Shown: one piece after another, positions 7,613 to 17,328 of the stretch
How the letters are laid out: every line of letters starts with the position of its first letter
Numbering within the stretch: the first letter of the stretch is position 1
Source: an uncultured Candidatus Bathyarchaeia archaeon
GTDB lineage: Archaea > Thermoproteota > Bathyarchaeia > 40CM-2-53-6 > RBG-13-38-9
NCBI GenBank assembly: GCA_964627775.1
Contig: CAZVKZ010000003.1
Coordinates: forward strand, 2,643 to 39,386
Length of the DNA stretch: 36,744 nucleotides
Direction: 5' to 3'
Made by a program: the position numbers and the translations under genes
Notes under the pieces: model-generated
The model's input: only the letters and a program-made list of their open reading frames with translations
What the model was told of the DNA's origin: nothing
Databases searched by the model: none

Positions 7613-8254
7613 TTAGTGCTTGAGATGTATCAACAAATCAGCTTTCTTAGCTATGGTTTCAACTATTCTTCGTTCTATTTCGGAGACACCTGTGCCAAGA
7701 TCGTTCTCAAAAGTCGTTCCGTAGTAGGCGTTTGCAGCAAAGGTATCGGCTTGGTCCATGGCCTTGAAGGCTTTCTCAAATCTTCTGGATTGAAAGTAAA
7801 GGGAGAGATCGTTAATGAATAGAATAGGTGTCACATCGTTCAGGTATTGACCTATGGATTCCTCGATCGAAGTAGCATTCTGTTCAACTTGGTGGAGGAG
7901 TTCGTCTCTGTTCTTAGCTGTAAGGCGGGGGGCGTAGACCTTCTTGGGTTGGAGTATGCGAACTGTTGATGGTAACTTGACCATGTCGGTGATCTTCCCA
8001 CCGATGACTTTTCCGTCGTGAAACATTCTTTCCGGAGCCATGTCGATGACTGTTATTTCTTTAGGTTTGCTTATACTGAGGGCATCCAAAAGTAGTCTAG
8101 CTGTAAAGCTGGTCTTACCAGTCGAGACATCACCCAAGATGAGTATCTTCTTGTGAACTATTTGGGAGAAAGAATACTCAGCCGGGAGTTCTCCTGTACC
8201 CTCGTTCCCTCGACTGAAACCGGATGAAGAACTCATGTCCATGCTTCCCTGCAC
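7613..8254 (-). CDS. P-loop NTPase, uncharacterised family
   Basis: 213 aa with Walker A ILGDVSTGKTS and a Walker B-like ILFINDLS. No specific family assigned with confidence. Confidence 0.7.
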   Translation of the reverse strand: MQGSMDMSSSSGFSRGNEGTGELPAEYSFSQIVHKKILILGDVSTGKTSFTARLLLDALSISKPKEITVIDMAPERMFHDGKVIGGKITDMVKLPSTVRILQPKKVYAPRLTAKNRDELLHQVEQNATSIEESIGQYLNDVTPILFINDLSLYFQSRRFEKAFKAMDQADTFAANAYYGTTFENDLGTGVSEIERRIVETIAKKADLLIHLKH

Positions 8255-8693
8255 ATATGGATCTACCTGAAGTCGAGATATCTTTGATCGTGAGCCTTTC
8301 CTTAGGGAAGAAGGTTTCTGCTCTTGTGCATAGCCAGAAGTATTTCAAAGCCAAGAATCTAGCTTGGAATGCTGGGAACGCAGATATCGTTCCGGTGCCG
8401 AGAGCCACCACCGCCACAAACATAGCATACCACTGACTTAAGATTACCTCCCGATCCCGTTCATCATATGCTGGGCAGGATAGACTTAGTCGGACCAATC
8501 GGGAAAGATAAAGGTGACAGTGCAACAGCGGTGGCAGCGATGACCGCTGTTGCCGCAGCTTTTCTGTACGAGGTGAGCACCTCTCTCGTGAAATTCAGCT
8601 GCACCAAGATAGGTTAGCAGGCCCTTCTTTGGCTACGGTTGTCCATTTCACATCGAGACCACGTGCTGATTGGCGGAGGGGGGCGGATTAATC

Positions 8694-8701
8694 TATTTAA
8701 A
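8694..8701 (+). promoter_or_regulatory. TATA-box candidate for the NAPRT gene
   Basis: TATTTAAA is preceded by a G-rich stretch and lies about 55-75 nt upstream of the candidate starts at 8754 and 8775. Confidence 0.3.
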
Positions 8702-8774
8702 CATCTCTTGCCTCGATATCTAAATTCATCAAAGAAGCATTCTATCAAGAGGATTGTTGGTAAGTGGTGCAGCC

Positions 8775-9965
8775 ATGAGACGATTTCATCTTGCCTCTGA
8801 AGAAGAGATCAAGACGGGGAAAACAACTGATGTCTATTTCGTAAGGACCAAGGAGATATTGCAGGCCAAGGGCCTCGCGAAGCTACGTGTTGTTATGGAG
8901 GCTACCGCTAGCGGACTTCCAAATGGTTGGCACTGGGCCGTGCTTTGCGGAATCGATGAGGTTACATATCTCTTTGGAGGGCTACCTGTGGACGTCTATT
9001 CAATGGATGAAGGAACTATCTTCAAGCCCAGAGACATAAACGGGATACGCGTACCCGTCTTCACCATTGAAGGTAGCTATGGAGAATTTTGTGAGCTTGA
9101 GACCCCCCTTCTCGGTCTGATTTGCCAGGCGTCAGGCATAGCTACTAAAGCAGCCAGAGTCCGCAAGGCTGCTCAAGACAAATTCGTAATCTCCTTTGGC
9201 ATAAGAAGGGTTCACCCTGGGCTATCAAGAATGATCGACAGAGCTGCCTACATCGGAGGACTAGATGGTGTCTCCAGTCTCTCAGGGGCTGATACGATAG
9301 GAAAAAAACCTGTAGGAACTATGCCGCACGCACTCATAATGGCCTTCGGCGATCAAGTCAAGGCCTGGAAGGCCTTTGACGAAGTCATGCCTGAAGATGT
9401 TCCGAGAATAGCGTTGGTGGACACCTACTATGACGAGAAGACTGAAGCCATAATGGCTGCGAACGCTCTAAAAGGGAGACTGCACGGCGTCAGGCTCGAC
9501 ACCCCGACATCGAGAAGGGGGGATTTTCTGGAACTCATAAGGGAGGTCAGGTGGGAGCTTGACATAAGAGGTTACAGAGATGTCAAGATCTATGTCTCGG
9601 GCGGACTGGACGAGGAGAGCATCGAGAAGCTCAGCCGAGCTGGAGCTGATGGCTTTGGCGTTGGAACCTCAATAAGCAACGCTCCAACAATCGATTTTGC
9701 TCTGGACATTGTCGAGAAGGAAGGTAGACCAGAGGCCAAAAGGGGGAAACTTGGCGGTAGAAAACAGGTTTGGCGTTGCCCCAAATGTATGGAGTGCTTG
9801 GTTCTGCTAGCTGATATGGAGCAACCTAAATGCCCGAGGTGCCTAGGCATGACAGAGCCTATGCTTAGGCCAATCATAAATAAGGGGGAGATCTTAGGAA
9901 GACTCCCAGAAGCATCTCTGATAAGGCAACATGTACTTGAACAGCTGAAGAAGTTTGACCTTTGA
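8775..9965 (+). CDS. pncB: nicotinate phosphoribosyltransferase (archaeal type with a C-terminal zinc-knuckle domain)
   Basis: The N-terminus reads KTGKTTDVYF and the core contains GTMPHALI, ALVDTY and GVRLDTP. The C-terminus reads WRCPKC...CPRC, a zinc ribbon as in the Thermoplasma-type enzyme. ATG at 8775; the ORF track begins at a TTG at 8754. Confidence 0.9.
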   Translation: MRRFHLASEEEIKTGKTTDVYFVRTKEILQAKGLAKLRVVMEATASGLPNGWHWAVLCGIDEVTYLFGGLPVDVYSMDEGTIFKPRDINGIRVPVFTIEGSYGEFCELETPLLGLICQASGIATKAARVRKAAQDKFVISFGIRRVHPGLSRMIDRAAYIGGLDGVSSLSGADTIGKKPVGTMPHALIMAFGDQVKAWKAFDEVMPEDVPRIALVDTYYDEKTEAIMAANALKGRLHGVRLDTPTSRRGDFLELIREVRWELDIRGYRDVKIYVSGGLDEESIEKLSRAGADGFGVGTSISNAPTIDFALDIVEKEGRPEAKRGKLGGRKQVWRCPKCMECLVLLADMEQPKCPRCLGMTEPMLRPIINKGEILGRLPEASLIRQHVLEQLKKFDL

Positions 9966-10566
9966 CAGATCGATCAGTAGCAGAGTGAGACTTGACAGGC
10001 TGACAACAGTAGCGGTCTTCGCGATTCTGGTGCTGGTCTCCATAGTCTTAGCCTCCGCAGTGTTCACCACGACAGGTCTTCGGGGCCTCTACTCCCTGTT
10101 CATAGGCCTAGGTTATGCCGGAGCATTCATCTCTGGACTGGTAGGTACGAGTTCGCTTATGATCTCTGTATGTCCGCCACAAATAATTGTCTTCGTCCTC
10201 AGCGATCCATCCTTAGGCCTCAGCCCACTGCTTGTTGGGGTCACGGCGGGCATCGGTGCTGGGATCGGCCAGTACGCGCATTACTATATTGGTCAAGGCG
10301 GAAGATACATACTTCCAGAGAAGTATAGAAAGAGAATCGACGTTTGGAAACCTAGGATAGAGAAATTCGGCGCGATACTGATATTTCTCTTCGCAGCAAC
10401 TCCTCTGACTCCTGATGATGTGGTCTGGATTCCGTTGGGGATGATGAAGTACTCGAAGAAGAAGGCTCTGACAGCCTCTATAGCTGGAAAGACCATTATG
10501 CTTGTTGCTTTTTCGTACGCAGGCTACTATGGTCTCAATTTGGTTCATAGTTGGTTGCGCATGTAG
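9955..10566 (+). CDS. DedA/TVP38 (VTT-domain) family membrane protein
   Basis: 203 aa with multiple TM helices and a VTT-like segment (AATPLTPDDVVWIPLGMMKYSKKKAL). It overlaps the NAPRT stop by 11 nt. Confidence 0.7.
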   Translation: MTFDRSISSRVRLDRLTTVAVFAILVLVSIVLASAVFTTTGLRGLYSLFIGLGYAGAFISGLVGTSSLMISVCPPQIIVFVLSDPSLGLSPLLVGVTAGIGAGIGQYAHYYIGQGGRYILPEKYRKRIDVWKPRIEKFGAILIFLFAATPLTPDDVVWIPLGMMKYSKKKALTASIAGKTIMLVAFSYAGYYGLNLVHSWLRM

Positions 10567-10595
10567 TCCCTGGGGGTAAGGAGCGCGTAATCTGA

Positions 10596-11174
10596 TCAGT
10601 CTTGCTGACTGCGCAATAGTCTACTTTGACAACCCGCCTTTATCGTGTCTGTGCTATTGACTTTGCGGTATCTCTTCAACACTTTTCTTTTGAGTTCTGT
10701 TCCGCACACTTCACATCTATGCTCAAGGTAGCTGTGGGAGTATCTTCTAAAGCACGCTGGGCAGTACAGGGACCAGTTGAACTCATACTTTATGCCAAAC
10801 GTAGCTAGGAACGTATAGTTGAGGCCCAGATGCTCCGCGACATTCTGTATAGCGTAGTCGTCGCTGACTATTACAGGGTTCACCCCGTCCAGCCTCAGAT
10901 CCAGAGCCAGCGCGAGCACCAGTAGATCGGCCTTGGAGAGGGCCCATCTTTCCCCAAGTTTTCGAGATGCCCTTCTCACCGCTTCAAATGATGACTGACG
11001 AGGAGACCTGATCAACAAGAGGTTGCTGTCTCTGGATGTTGTGAAGCGTAATGCTGCCATGCTCTTTGGTGGCAGCTCGAATCCAACCTCTGGGACTGAG
11101 TATACCTCTCCCTTGATCATTGAGGGATTCACTCCCATCACTAACGCTGAAGTGTCAAGTATGTACGCGTTCAT
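10596..11174 (-). CDS. nob1: endoribonuclease Nob1 (PIN domain plus zinc ribbon)
   Basis: The N-terminal PIN domain reads YILDTSAL...VSDDYAIQNVA. The C-terminal zinc ribbon reads CPACF...CEVCG. There is a 4-nt ATGA overlap with the upstream nadK stop. Confidence 0.85.
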   Translation of the reverse strand: MNAYILDTSALVMGVNPSMIKGEVYSVPEVGFELPPKSMAALRFTTSRDSNLLLIRSPRQSSFEAVRRASRKLGERWALSKADLLVLALALDLRLDGVNPVIVSDDYAIQNVAEHLGLNYTFLATFGIKYEFNWSLYCPACFRRYSHSYLEHRCEVCGTELKRKVLKRYRKVNSTDTIKAGCQSRLLRSQQD

Positions 11175-12013
11175 ACTCTCTCGATCTCCAACTTGGGAGG
11201 ACGCGCCAAGCTTCGACTCAGGAATGAGGAATCTAACCTTACGAAGACCGCCTTATTCTTGGACTTCCTGATGGTAAGTCGAGCCTCTGAATTCAGCTGT
11301 TTGGTGTAGCGGCCATCAACCGTGACGATGGCTCTGATCTTCGGGTCTACCAGTCTGATATGTATATCACCTGCGGAGGAAAGGACAAGTGAACTCACAC
11401 AGCTAGAAGGACAGATGAATACCGTAGTGAAGGCTTCCAGAGATGTCTCAAGGACCGGCCCGCCTGCTGCGAGTGCATGAGCCGTTGAGCCGGTTGGGGT
11501 GGCAACTATCAGGCCGTCAGCCCTCTGCTCAATGACTTTTCTATCGTCATGTCTTAACTCGAAATGTAGCATCTTCCAAGAGGTTGCGGGAGTGATCAGT
11601 GCTTCATTTAGGCCATCAGTCAAGATCTTGTTCTCGAAATACACCGAGAGCTTTGCGTGCTCCTCCAGTCTATGCCTTCCCAGCAGACACTCCCCCAAAG
11701 CCTTCAACGCGTTCTCGGGTTCAACCTCTGTCAAGTATCCCCGTCTGCCCATGTTAACAGCCAGTATGGGCACCTCGGACCTCGGGATGCTCATGCTTGT
11801 CTTCAGAACTGTTCCATCACCACCAACAGCAACTATGAGATCAGCATCCATCTCTGAAAGGGGCACGCCCCCATCGATGCTCTTCAGCCTTGCGAATTCA
11901 ATCTCAGGGAGGATGTTTACTTTCCGCGATTTCAGATGCCGGCAAATGCTCAATGCCAGCGCGAGAGCTTCCTCGCTGTCCAGACGTGGAACGACCCCGA
12001 CGTTCTTGATCAA
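11171..12013 (-). CDS. nadK: NAD kinase
   Basis: Contains VAVGGDGTVL (GGDGT motif), the NMGRRGYL loop and ATPTGSTAHALAAGGP. The TTG start is preceded by GGTGAGG. Confidence 0.9.
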   Translation of the reverse strand: MIKNVGVVPRLDSEEALALALSICRHLKSRKVNILPEIEFARLKSIDGGVPLSEMDADLIVAVGGDGTVLKTSMSIPRSEVPILAVNMGRRGYLTEVEPENALKALGECLLGRHRLEEHAKLSVYFENKILTDGLNEALITPATSWKMLHFELRHDDRKVIEQRADGLIVATPTGSTAHALAAGGPVLETSLEAFTTVFICPSSCVSSLVLSSAGDIHIRLVDPKIRAIVTVDGRYTKQLNSEARLTIRKSKNKAVFVRLDSSFLSRSLARPPKLEIERV

Positions 12014-12145
12014 AAAACCTCACCTGCAGTTTGAGGAGAGTCAAGCGTTATAGTTGCTTATCTAGCCTTAAGATGTTGCGTTAAGCCTCCAGTAAGTCTT
12101 TTAGCTTGTGAAGTGTAGAAGAGTCGCGACCTCGAGGAGACCCAG

Positions 12146-12538
12146 ATGAGCAAACCAGTCGACGTAGGAAGCATAAAAGTCGGCCAGTACATCCTCATAG
12201 ACAACGAACCCTGCAGGATCGTAGAATATGAGAAGAGCAAACCAGGCAAACACGGAGCTGCCAAAGCAAGGATCGTGGCCATAGGACTCTTCACCGAACA
12301 GAAGAAGAACGTAATCAGCCCCGTAGACGCAAAAATCGAAGTTCCCATTATCGAGAAGCGAAGCGGCCAAGTCATATCAGTCATGGGTGGAGGCATTCAG
12401 ATAATGGATCTAGAGAGTTACGAGACCTTCGAGACGACTTTGCCAAAAGAGGGGGACCTCAGATCAAAACTCACCTCTGGAGTAGAGGTTGAGTACTGGA
12501 AGATGCCCGGCGGAATCAAGATCGTCAGAATAAAATGA
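12146..12538 (+). CDS. eif5a: translation initiation factor 5A (aIF5A)
   Basis: Contains the SKPGKHGAAKARIV hypusine loop with a full-length OB/SH3 fold pattern. Deoxyhypusine synthase is the next gene. Confidence 0.95.
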   Translation: MSKPVDVGSIKVGQYILIDNEPCRIVEYEKSKPGKHGAAKARIVAIGLFTEQKKNVISPVDAKIEVPIIEKRSGQVISVMGGGIQIMDLESYETFETTLPKEGDLRSKLTSGVEVEYWKMPGGIKIVRIK

Positions 12539-12584
12539 TCTCTTCGGCTTCACACCATGAGGCAGCAATTTTGGTTGAGAATAG

Positions 12585-13499
12585 ATGCCCTACGTAAGAC
12601 AGATGAAAATAAGGCATGGGATGCGACTCACAGATATCACAAAGGAGATGGGTAAGGCCGGCGTCCTGGGCGCTGGAAGATTTGCGCGAGCAGTCGCGAT
12701 TGTAAAAGAGACCTTCAGCAAAGACTATACTTGTTTTCTCTCCCTCGCCGGACCAATGGTGGCTGGTGGCCTAAGACAGATAGTCCGCGATCTAATCGAT
12801 CAGAATTACCTAGATGCCATAATCTCAACCGGCGCCAACATGACGCATGACCTCATAGAGGCATTAGGACACAGACACAGCATTGGAGAAGCAACAGCCA
12901 GAGACACATACCTAAGAGAAAGAGGAATCGGCAGAATATACGACATAAACATCAAAATGAAAGCATTCGAGGATAGTGAGAGAAAGATCTACAAGATCCT
13001 TGAGAGCCTCCCAGAAGAAAGGAGAAAGAACATAGCAGGATACGAAATTCTCTGGGAGATTGGGAAAGCCCTCAGAGACAACAACTCGATCCTGAAGACA
13101 GCCTACAGGAAAGGGATGCCGATAATCTGTCCAGGTATTCAGGATTCAATGCTTGGCATGAACCTCTGGACATACAGCACACTAAAGACACTCATGATAA
13201 ACCAGCTGAAAGACCTTACCAAGCTATCCGAGATAGCTTTTGAAGCAGAGAAAGTCGGTGCGATAATCATCGGTGGAGGTGTACCCAAGCACCACCTATT
13301 GATAGCCAACCTCCTAAGAGGAGGAGCCGATGCCGCACTCCAGATAACCATGGATAGACCTGAGGCTGGAGGCTTCAGCGGCGCCCCACTTGAGGAGGCC
13401 ATAAGCTGGCGGAAGATACGAGACGAGAAGAAGATTGTTACCCTGATTGGTGACGCCACAATACTATTCCCCTTAATAGTCGCAGCTGCTCTAGAATAG
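12585..13499 (+). CDS. dys: deoxyhypusine synthase
   Basis: 304 aa with the DHS pattern: SLAGPMVAGGLR, ISTGANMTHD, GGGVPKHH and the EAISWRK Lys region. Confidence 0.95.
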   Translation: MPYVRQMKIRHGMRLTDITKEMGKAGVLGAGRFARAVAIVKETFSKDYTCFLSLAGPMVAGGLRQIVRDLIDQNYLDAIISTGANMTHDLIEALGHRHSIGEATARDTYLRERGIGRIYDINIKMKAFEDSERKIYKILESLPEERRKNIAGYEILWEIGKALRDNNSILKTAYRKGMPIICPGIQDSMLGMNLWTYSTLKTLMINQLKDLTKLSEIAFEAEKVGAIIIGGGVPKHHLLIANLLRGGADAALQITMDRPEAGGFSGAPLEEAISWRKIRDEKKIVTLIGDATILFPLIVAAALE

Positions 13500-13554
13500 C
13501 CGCCAAGTAGACCAACCTAACGTTGGAAATACAGAAGGAGCCAAGACAAACGCA

Positions 13555-14907
13555 TTGAGCACACTTGAGAGCCTAGGAAAGTCCCTCAGCGACACAGTCA
13601 GGAAGCTCATGCGGCTGCCGATCGTTGACGAAAAGGCAGTAAAAGAATTGGTCAAAGATCTTCAGCGAACCCTTCTGGCAGCAGATGTCAATGTGAATCT
13701 TGTTCTGCAGATATCAAAAACCGTAGAGGAGAGATCTCTTGAGCAGACCCTGCCTCCTGGCGTATCGCGAAGAGAACATGTCATAAAGGTTCTCTACGAG
13801 GAGATTACACGGTTTCTAGGAGAGAAACCGACAAAGCTCTCTCTGGAGCCGGGAAAGACAACAACCATAATGCTTGTGGGGATTCAGGGAAGCGGAAAGA
13901 CAACTGGTGCAGTCAAACTCGCAAGGTTCTACCAGAAACGTGGACTCAAGGTGGCCATCGTATGCACGGATACATTCAGGCCGGGCGCGTTTGAACAGCT
14001 GAAACAACTAGCAGACAGTGTAAACACCTTAACATTCGGGATAAAGACAGAGAAAGATCCTGAGAAGATAGCCCGTCGAGGTCTGGAGGCACTTCGCAAA
14101 GAAGGCTATGATGTCATAATAATTGACACAGCCGGACGCCACAAGAACGAGAAAGACCTTATGGAGGAGATGAGGAGACTATCAGGCGCGATAGACCCTG
14201 ATGAGGTCATGCTCGTCATAGATGGAACGATAGGTCAGCAAGCATCGACACAGGCAGCAGCCTTCAACCAGTCAACCCCGATAGGATCGATATATGTAAC
14301 CAAGCTGGACGGATCGGCTAAAGGCGGCGGTGCTCTCTCGGCTGTAGCAGCAACAGGGGCCAAGATCAAATTCGTAGGAACAGGAGAGAAGATCGATGAT
14401 ATCGAGCAATTCATTCCCGCAAACTTCGTCGGGAGGCTCATGGGTATGGGTGACATCCAGGCCCTCGTCGAGCGAGTCAGGGAAGCTGAGTTCAGCATCA
14501 CAAAAGAAAAGGCCCGAAGCATGCTCTCTGGGAGATTCACACTCAAGGATATGTACGATCAGATGGAGGCCGTAAGAAAGATGGGCCCGCTCAAGAAGAT
14601 CTGGAGCATGCTGCCTGGAGGCTACAACCTCCCAGAAGAGATGGCCGATGTTGCCGAGAAGAAGCTAGACTCTTGGCGAGTCATAATTCAATCAATGGGC
14701 GTGGAAGAGATCGAGGATCCAAAGGTTATAGACGCCTCAAGGGCGCGGCGAATCGCGAAAGGTTCAGGAAGAAGCGAAAAAGATGTCAAAGAGCTTCTAA
14801 ATCAGTACTCGGCTATGAGGAGGATGATGAAGTCCATGAGGCGACAGAAGTCCACACTGATGAGGAAACTACCATTCAACTTGAAGCAATCCAAGAATTG
14901 TTTATAA
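13555..14907 (+). CDS. srp54: signal recognition particle protein SRP54
   Basis: The N and G domains contain [14 protein letters not shown] and TKLDG. The Met-rich M domain reads [13 protein letters not shown] start. Confidence 0.95.
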   Translation: MSTLESLGKSLSDTVRKLMRLPIVDEKAVKELVKDLQRTLLAADVNVNLVLQISKTVEERSLEQTLPPGVSRREHVIKVLYEEITRFLGEKPTKLSLEPGKTTTIMLVGIQGSGKTTGAVKLARFYQKRGLKVAIVCTDTFRPGAFEQLKQLADSVNTLTFGIKTEKDPEKIARRGLEALRKEGYDVIIIDTAGRHKNEKDLMEEMRRLSGAIDPDEVMLVIDGTIGQQASTQAAAFNQSTPIGSIYVTKLDGSAKGGGALSAVAATGAKIKFVGTGEKIDDIEQFIPANFVGRLMGMGDIQALVERVREAEFSITKEKARSMLSGRFTLKDMYDQMEAVRKMGPLKKIWSMLPGGYNLPEEMADVAEKKLDSWRVIIQSMGVEEIEDPKVIDASRARRIAKGSGRSEKDVKELLNQYSAMRRMMKSMRRQKSTLMRKLPFNLKQSKNCL

Positions 14908-14969
14908 GATGAGTGTGTAAGAAGGGATGAGACTCTGCCTGCAGTAACCATACCGGAGATGGCCTGATA

Positions 14970-15266
14970 ATGGTGAGGAAATCGAAAGGTTACCGTTCAG
15001 CCACCCGATCTCTCTTCAGCAAGAAGCCACGCCAGAGAGGGAAGATAGGTCTGAGCAGACTCCTCCAGCCCTACGAGATTGGAGACCGTGTAGTCATAAA
15101 GGTGGAGCCCAGCTTCCATAGAGGTATGCCTCATAGGAGATTCCACGGAAGGGTCGGTATTGTCAAACAAAGGCGTGGGAGGAGTTACCTAGTGGCTGTT
15201 GCCTTTGGCAGCGAAGATAAAGAAGTCATCGCACGGCCCGAACACCTTAGACTGTTCAAGGGATAA
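14970..15266 (+). CDS. rpl21e: 50S ribosomal protein eL21 (L21e)
   Basis: The sequence MVRKSKGYRSATR...FHGRVGIV is the typical L21e SH3-like pattern. Confidence 0.9.
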   Translation: MVRKSKGYRSATRSLFSKKPRQRGKIGLSRLLQPYEIGDRVVIKVEPSFHRGMPHRRFHGRVGIVKQRRGRSYLVAVAFGSEDKEVIARPEHLRLFKG

Positions 15267-15269
15267 CCA

Positions 15270-15608
15270 ATGCCGAGGAAAATCCTTGAGCAGGCCGAGG
15301 CCTCGACAGCTGAGGCCAGGAAGATACTTGAGCGGGCCGATGAGGAGGAGCTTGGAGAATTCCAAAAGAGAGTTTTAGAATACGCACAGAAATTCTCAAA
15401 GCTCAAGGCAGAGAGAGCACGAAAGCTCGTCGAGGAATTGACATCCGATTTCGGAATAGATAGAAAAGGGGCCGTTCAAGTAGTGAACTGCATGCCCAAG
15501 AGCGTGGGAGAACTCAGAGCTGCTCTATCATCCAAGGTGAGAACCCTCACTACAGAGGAACTTGAAGGGATGCTCAAAGTAATCGATAAGGCCAGAGAAA
15601 AAGAATAG
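15270..15608 (+). CDS. rpo4: DNA-directed RNA polymerase subunit Rpo4 (RpoF)
   Basis: 112-aa helical acidic protein (...QKRVLEYAQKFSKL...AVQVVNCMPKSVGELRA). It occupies the conserved L21e-RpoF-DUF655-KsgA position. Confidence 0.8.
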   Translation: MPRKILEQAEASTAEARKILERADEEELGEFQKRVLEYAQKFSKLKAERARKLVEELTSDFGIDRKGAVQVVNCMPKSVGELRAALSSKVRTLTTEELEGMLKVIDKAREKE

Positions 15609-15885
15609 ACGCCATCTAGATCACATTAACATAGCTTATCCAACGACAGATGCCCAGATAACTTGGACTGGCCTTGAGATTCAGACAGCTAATTCTGAGA
15701 GAAGTCACCTCTCATTCTAGAGTTTGAGGAAAACCTTTTCTTAAGGAAGCCATCCATAATAGTAACCGGAAGTATTGACCTTGCCCCAACCCTCCTGCAG
15801 TAATCACTTTGGCATAAGGCTTGGACTGAGGGATTCTTCCTAGCTGCTATTATCCTGGCTAATCCGACTGTAGGAGGCAGATTTA

Positions 15886-16512
15886 ATGTCAACTTATACG
15901 AAACGGTACGGAGAGAGGGGGCTAGAGAATAGAGAGTTCAATTATGAGGCGCCTGTAAAAAGAATGTACGAGGAGTACGCGTACGTACTTGATTATCTTC
16001 CAACAGGAAGAACCTCCCAAGATCGCCACAGACACATCGCCGCCCCAACGGTCCAAGTAGTCGGCGAAGACTACCTAACGCTTCTGGAGCTGGAGCTCAG
16101 GTTCGGGGCCGCAGTGAACCTTCATGAGAGGCTGTACGTTGGAAAGGATAAACGTGACAAAGTTGAGAGAATCATAGGGAGGATAAGCTACGACGAATTA
16201 ACAGCCACAGCTAAAGTTGAGCTACCAGTCATTCTTGAAGAACTCATCAGAAAACGTGAAAGCGACTTTGTAGACTTCTTCAACAAAGCGCAAGCCATAA
16301 CGTCTAGGATGCACGCTCTTGAACTTCTGCCAGGAATAGGCAAGAAATCTATGTGGCATATTATAGATACTAGAGAGAAGAAGCCGTTCGAGAGCTTCAG
16401 CGACATTCAGGCTAGGGCTGGAATACCTGACCCAGTAAAGACCATCGTAAGAAGAATAGTAGAGGAAGTGACCGGCGAGTCGAAATATAGGCTATTCATA
16501 AGGGCAACCTAA
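15886..16512 (+). CDS. DUF655 OB-fold / helix-hairpin-helix nucleic-acid-binding protein
   Basis: Contains YAYVLDYLP..G.., a C-terminal HhH motif (LELLPGIGKKSMWHII) and the conserved synteny. AGGAGG lies 9 nt upstream of the ATG. Confidence 0.85.
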   Translation: MSTYTKRYGERGLENREFNYEAPVKRMYEEYAYVLDYLPTGRTSQDRHRHIAAPTVQVVGEDYLTLLELELRFGAAVNLHERLYVGKDKRDKVERIIGRISYDELTATAKVELPVILEELIRKRESDFVDFFNKAQAITSRMHALELLPGIGKKSMWHIIDTREKKPFESFSDIQARAGIPDPVKTIVRRIVEEVTGESKYRLFIRAT

Positions 16513-17309
16513 TGTATGAAAGAGGCCTCCCACGATCATTCATACCCAAGAAGAGACTCGGCCAAAACTTTCTGGTAGACAAGAAACCCCTAGAAAACAT
16601 TCTGAGGTTCGCAGAGATCTCATCGAGCGACACCATACTTGAAGTGGGCGCCGGGCTAGGCACACTCACACAACTTCTCCAGAGCAAAGCGAGAAAAGTC
16701 ATAGCAGTAGAGAAAGACCCCCAACTCGCCGATTTCCTGCAAAAGAGATACCACAGAAATCCAAGAGTCGAGGTAGTTAAGGCCGACATTCTCAAGATGG
16801 AACTTCCAAGCTGCGACAAAGTAGTGGCAACACCACCATACAACATCTCATCAAAACTCCTGTTCCTGCTCCTCAACAAGCAAATCCGGATGATGGTACT
16901 AGTCTTCCAGAAGGAATTTGCTGAGAGACTAGTCGCAGAGCCAGGGACAAGAGATTACAGTAGGTTAACCGTCATGACTGCTCACAGAGCTCACGCAGAG
17001 ATACTCGGATACATCCCCAAAGAGTCCTTTAGGCCGAGACCAAAAGTCGACTCAGCAATAGTAAAGATCACGCCAAAGGAACCAAACCACATGATCAATG
17101 AGGAGATGTTCGCAGACCTCGTTAGAGGATTATTCACTCAGAGGAGGAGAAATCTACGAACCGTTCTCAGACACTACATTCAACGGAGGATTCAGACCCC
17201 TCCAGAAGACCTCCTTAATTCAGATATTCCTAGCAAGAGAGTCTATCAGATGTCTGTGGATGAATTTGAGAGACTCACCTACTTACTGATGAGTCAAGAC
17301 AAAGGCTGA
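16512..17309 (+). CDS. rsmA: 16S rRNA (adenine-N6,N6)-dimethyltransferase KsgA/Dim1
   Basis: Contains LGQNFLVD, the EVGAGLGTLT SAM motif and the ATPPYNISS catalytic motif. Confidence 0.95.
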   Translation: MYERGLPRSFIPKKRLGQNFLVDKKPLENILRFAEISSSDTILEVGAGLGTLTQLLQSKARKVIAVEKDPQLADFLQKRYHRNPRVEVVKADILKMELPSCDKVVATPPYNISSKLLFLLLNKQIRMMVLVFQKEFAERLVAEPGTRDYSRLTVMTAHRAHAEILGYIPKESFRPRPKVDSAIVKITPKEPNHMINEEMFADLVRGLFTQRRRNLRTVLRHYIQRRIQTPPEDLLNSDIPSKRVYQMSVDEFERLTYLLMSQDKG

Positions 17310-17328
17310 ACCAGTTCTGTGAAGACCA

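Noticed and set aside
8178-8525. 115-aa minus-strand ORF overlapping the P-loop NTPase 5' end
   Set aside because: It overlaps the NTPase start by 77 nt in another frame. Only a short hydrophobic stretch looks protein-like. It is treated as part of a possible decayed gene, not as a CDS.
11499-12053. 184-aa plus-strand ORF antisense to nadK
   Set aside because: It is fully embedded antisense to a gene with clear NAD-kinase motifs. Its composition is Ser/Leu/Thr-rich and low-complexity, as expected from reading a Glu/Lys/Asp-rich gene backwards. It has no start-site signals.
14673-14912. 79-aa highly basic alternative-frame ORF over the SRP54 3' end
   Set aside because: It is a same-strand frame-shifted reading of the Lys/Arg/Met-rich SRP54 M-domain. 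There is no independent evidence for it.
15689-15892. 67-aa minus-strand ORF in the rpo4-DUF655 spacer
   Set aside because: It has no SD or promoter. Its composition is implausible and it runs into the DUF655 start. The spacer is reported as a finding instead.
17286-17309. CTGATGA followed 13 nt later by CTGA, a C/D-box-like pattern at the ksgA 3' end
   Set aside because: It lies inside the ksgA coding sequence and stop codon. There is no second C'/D pair or terminal stem.
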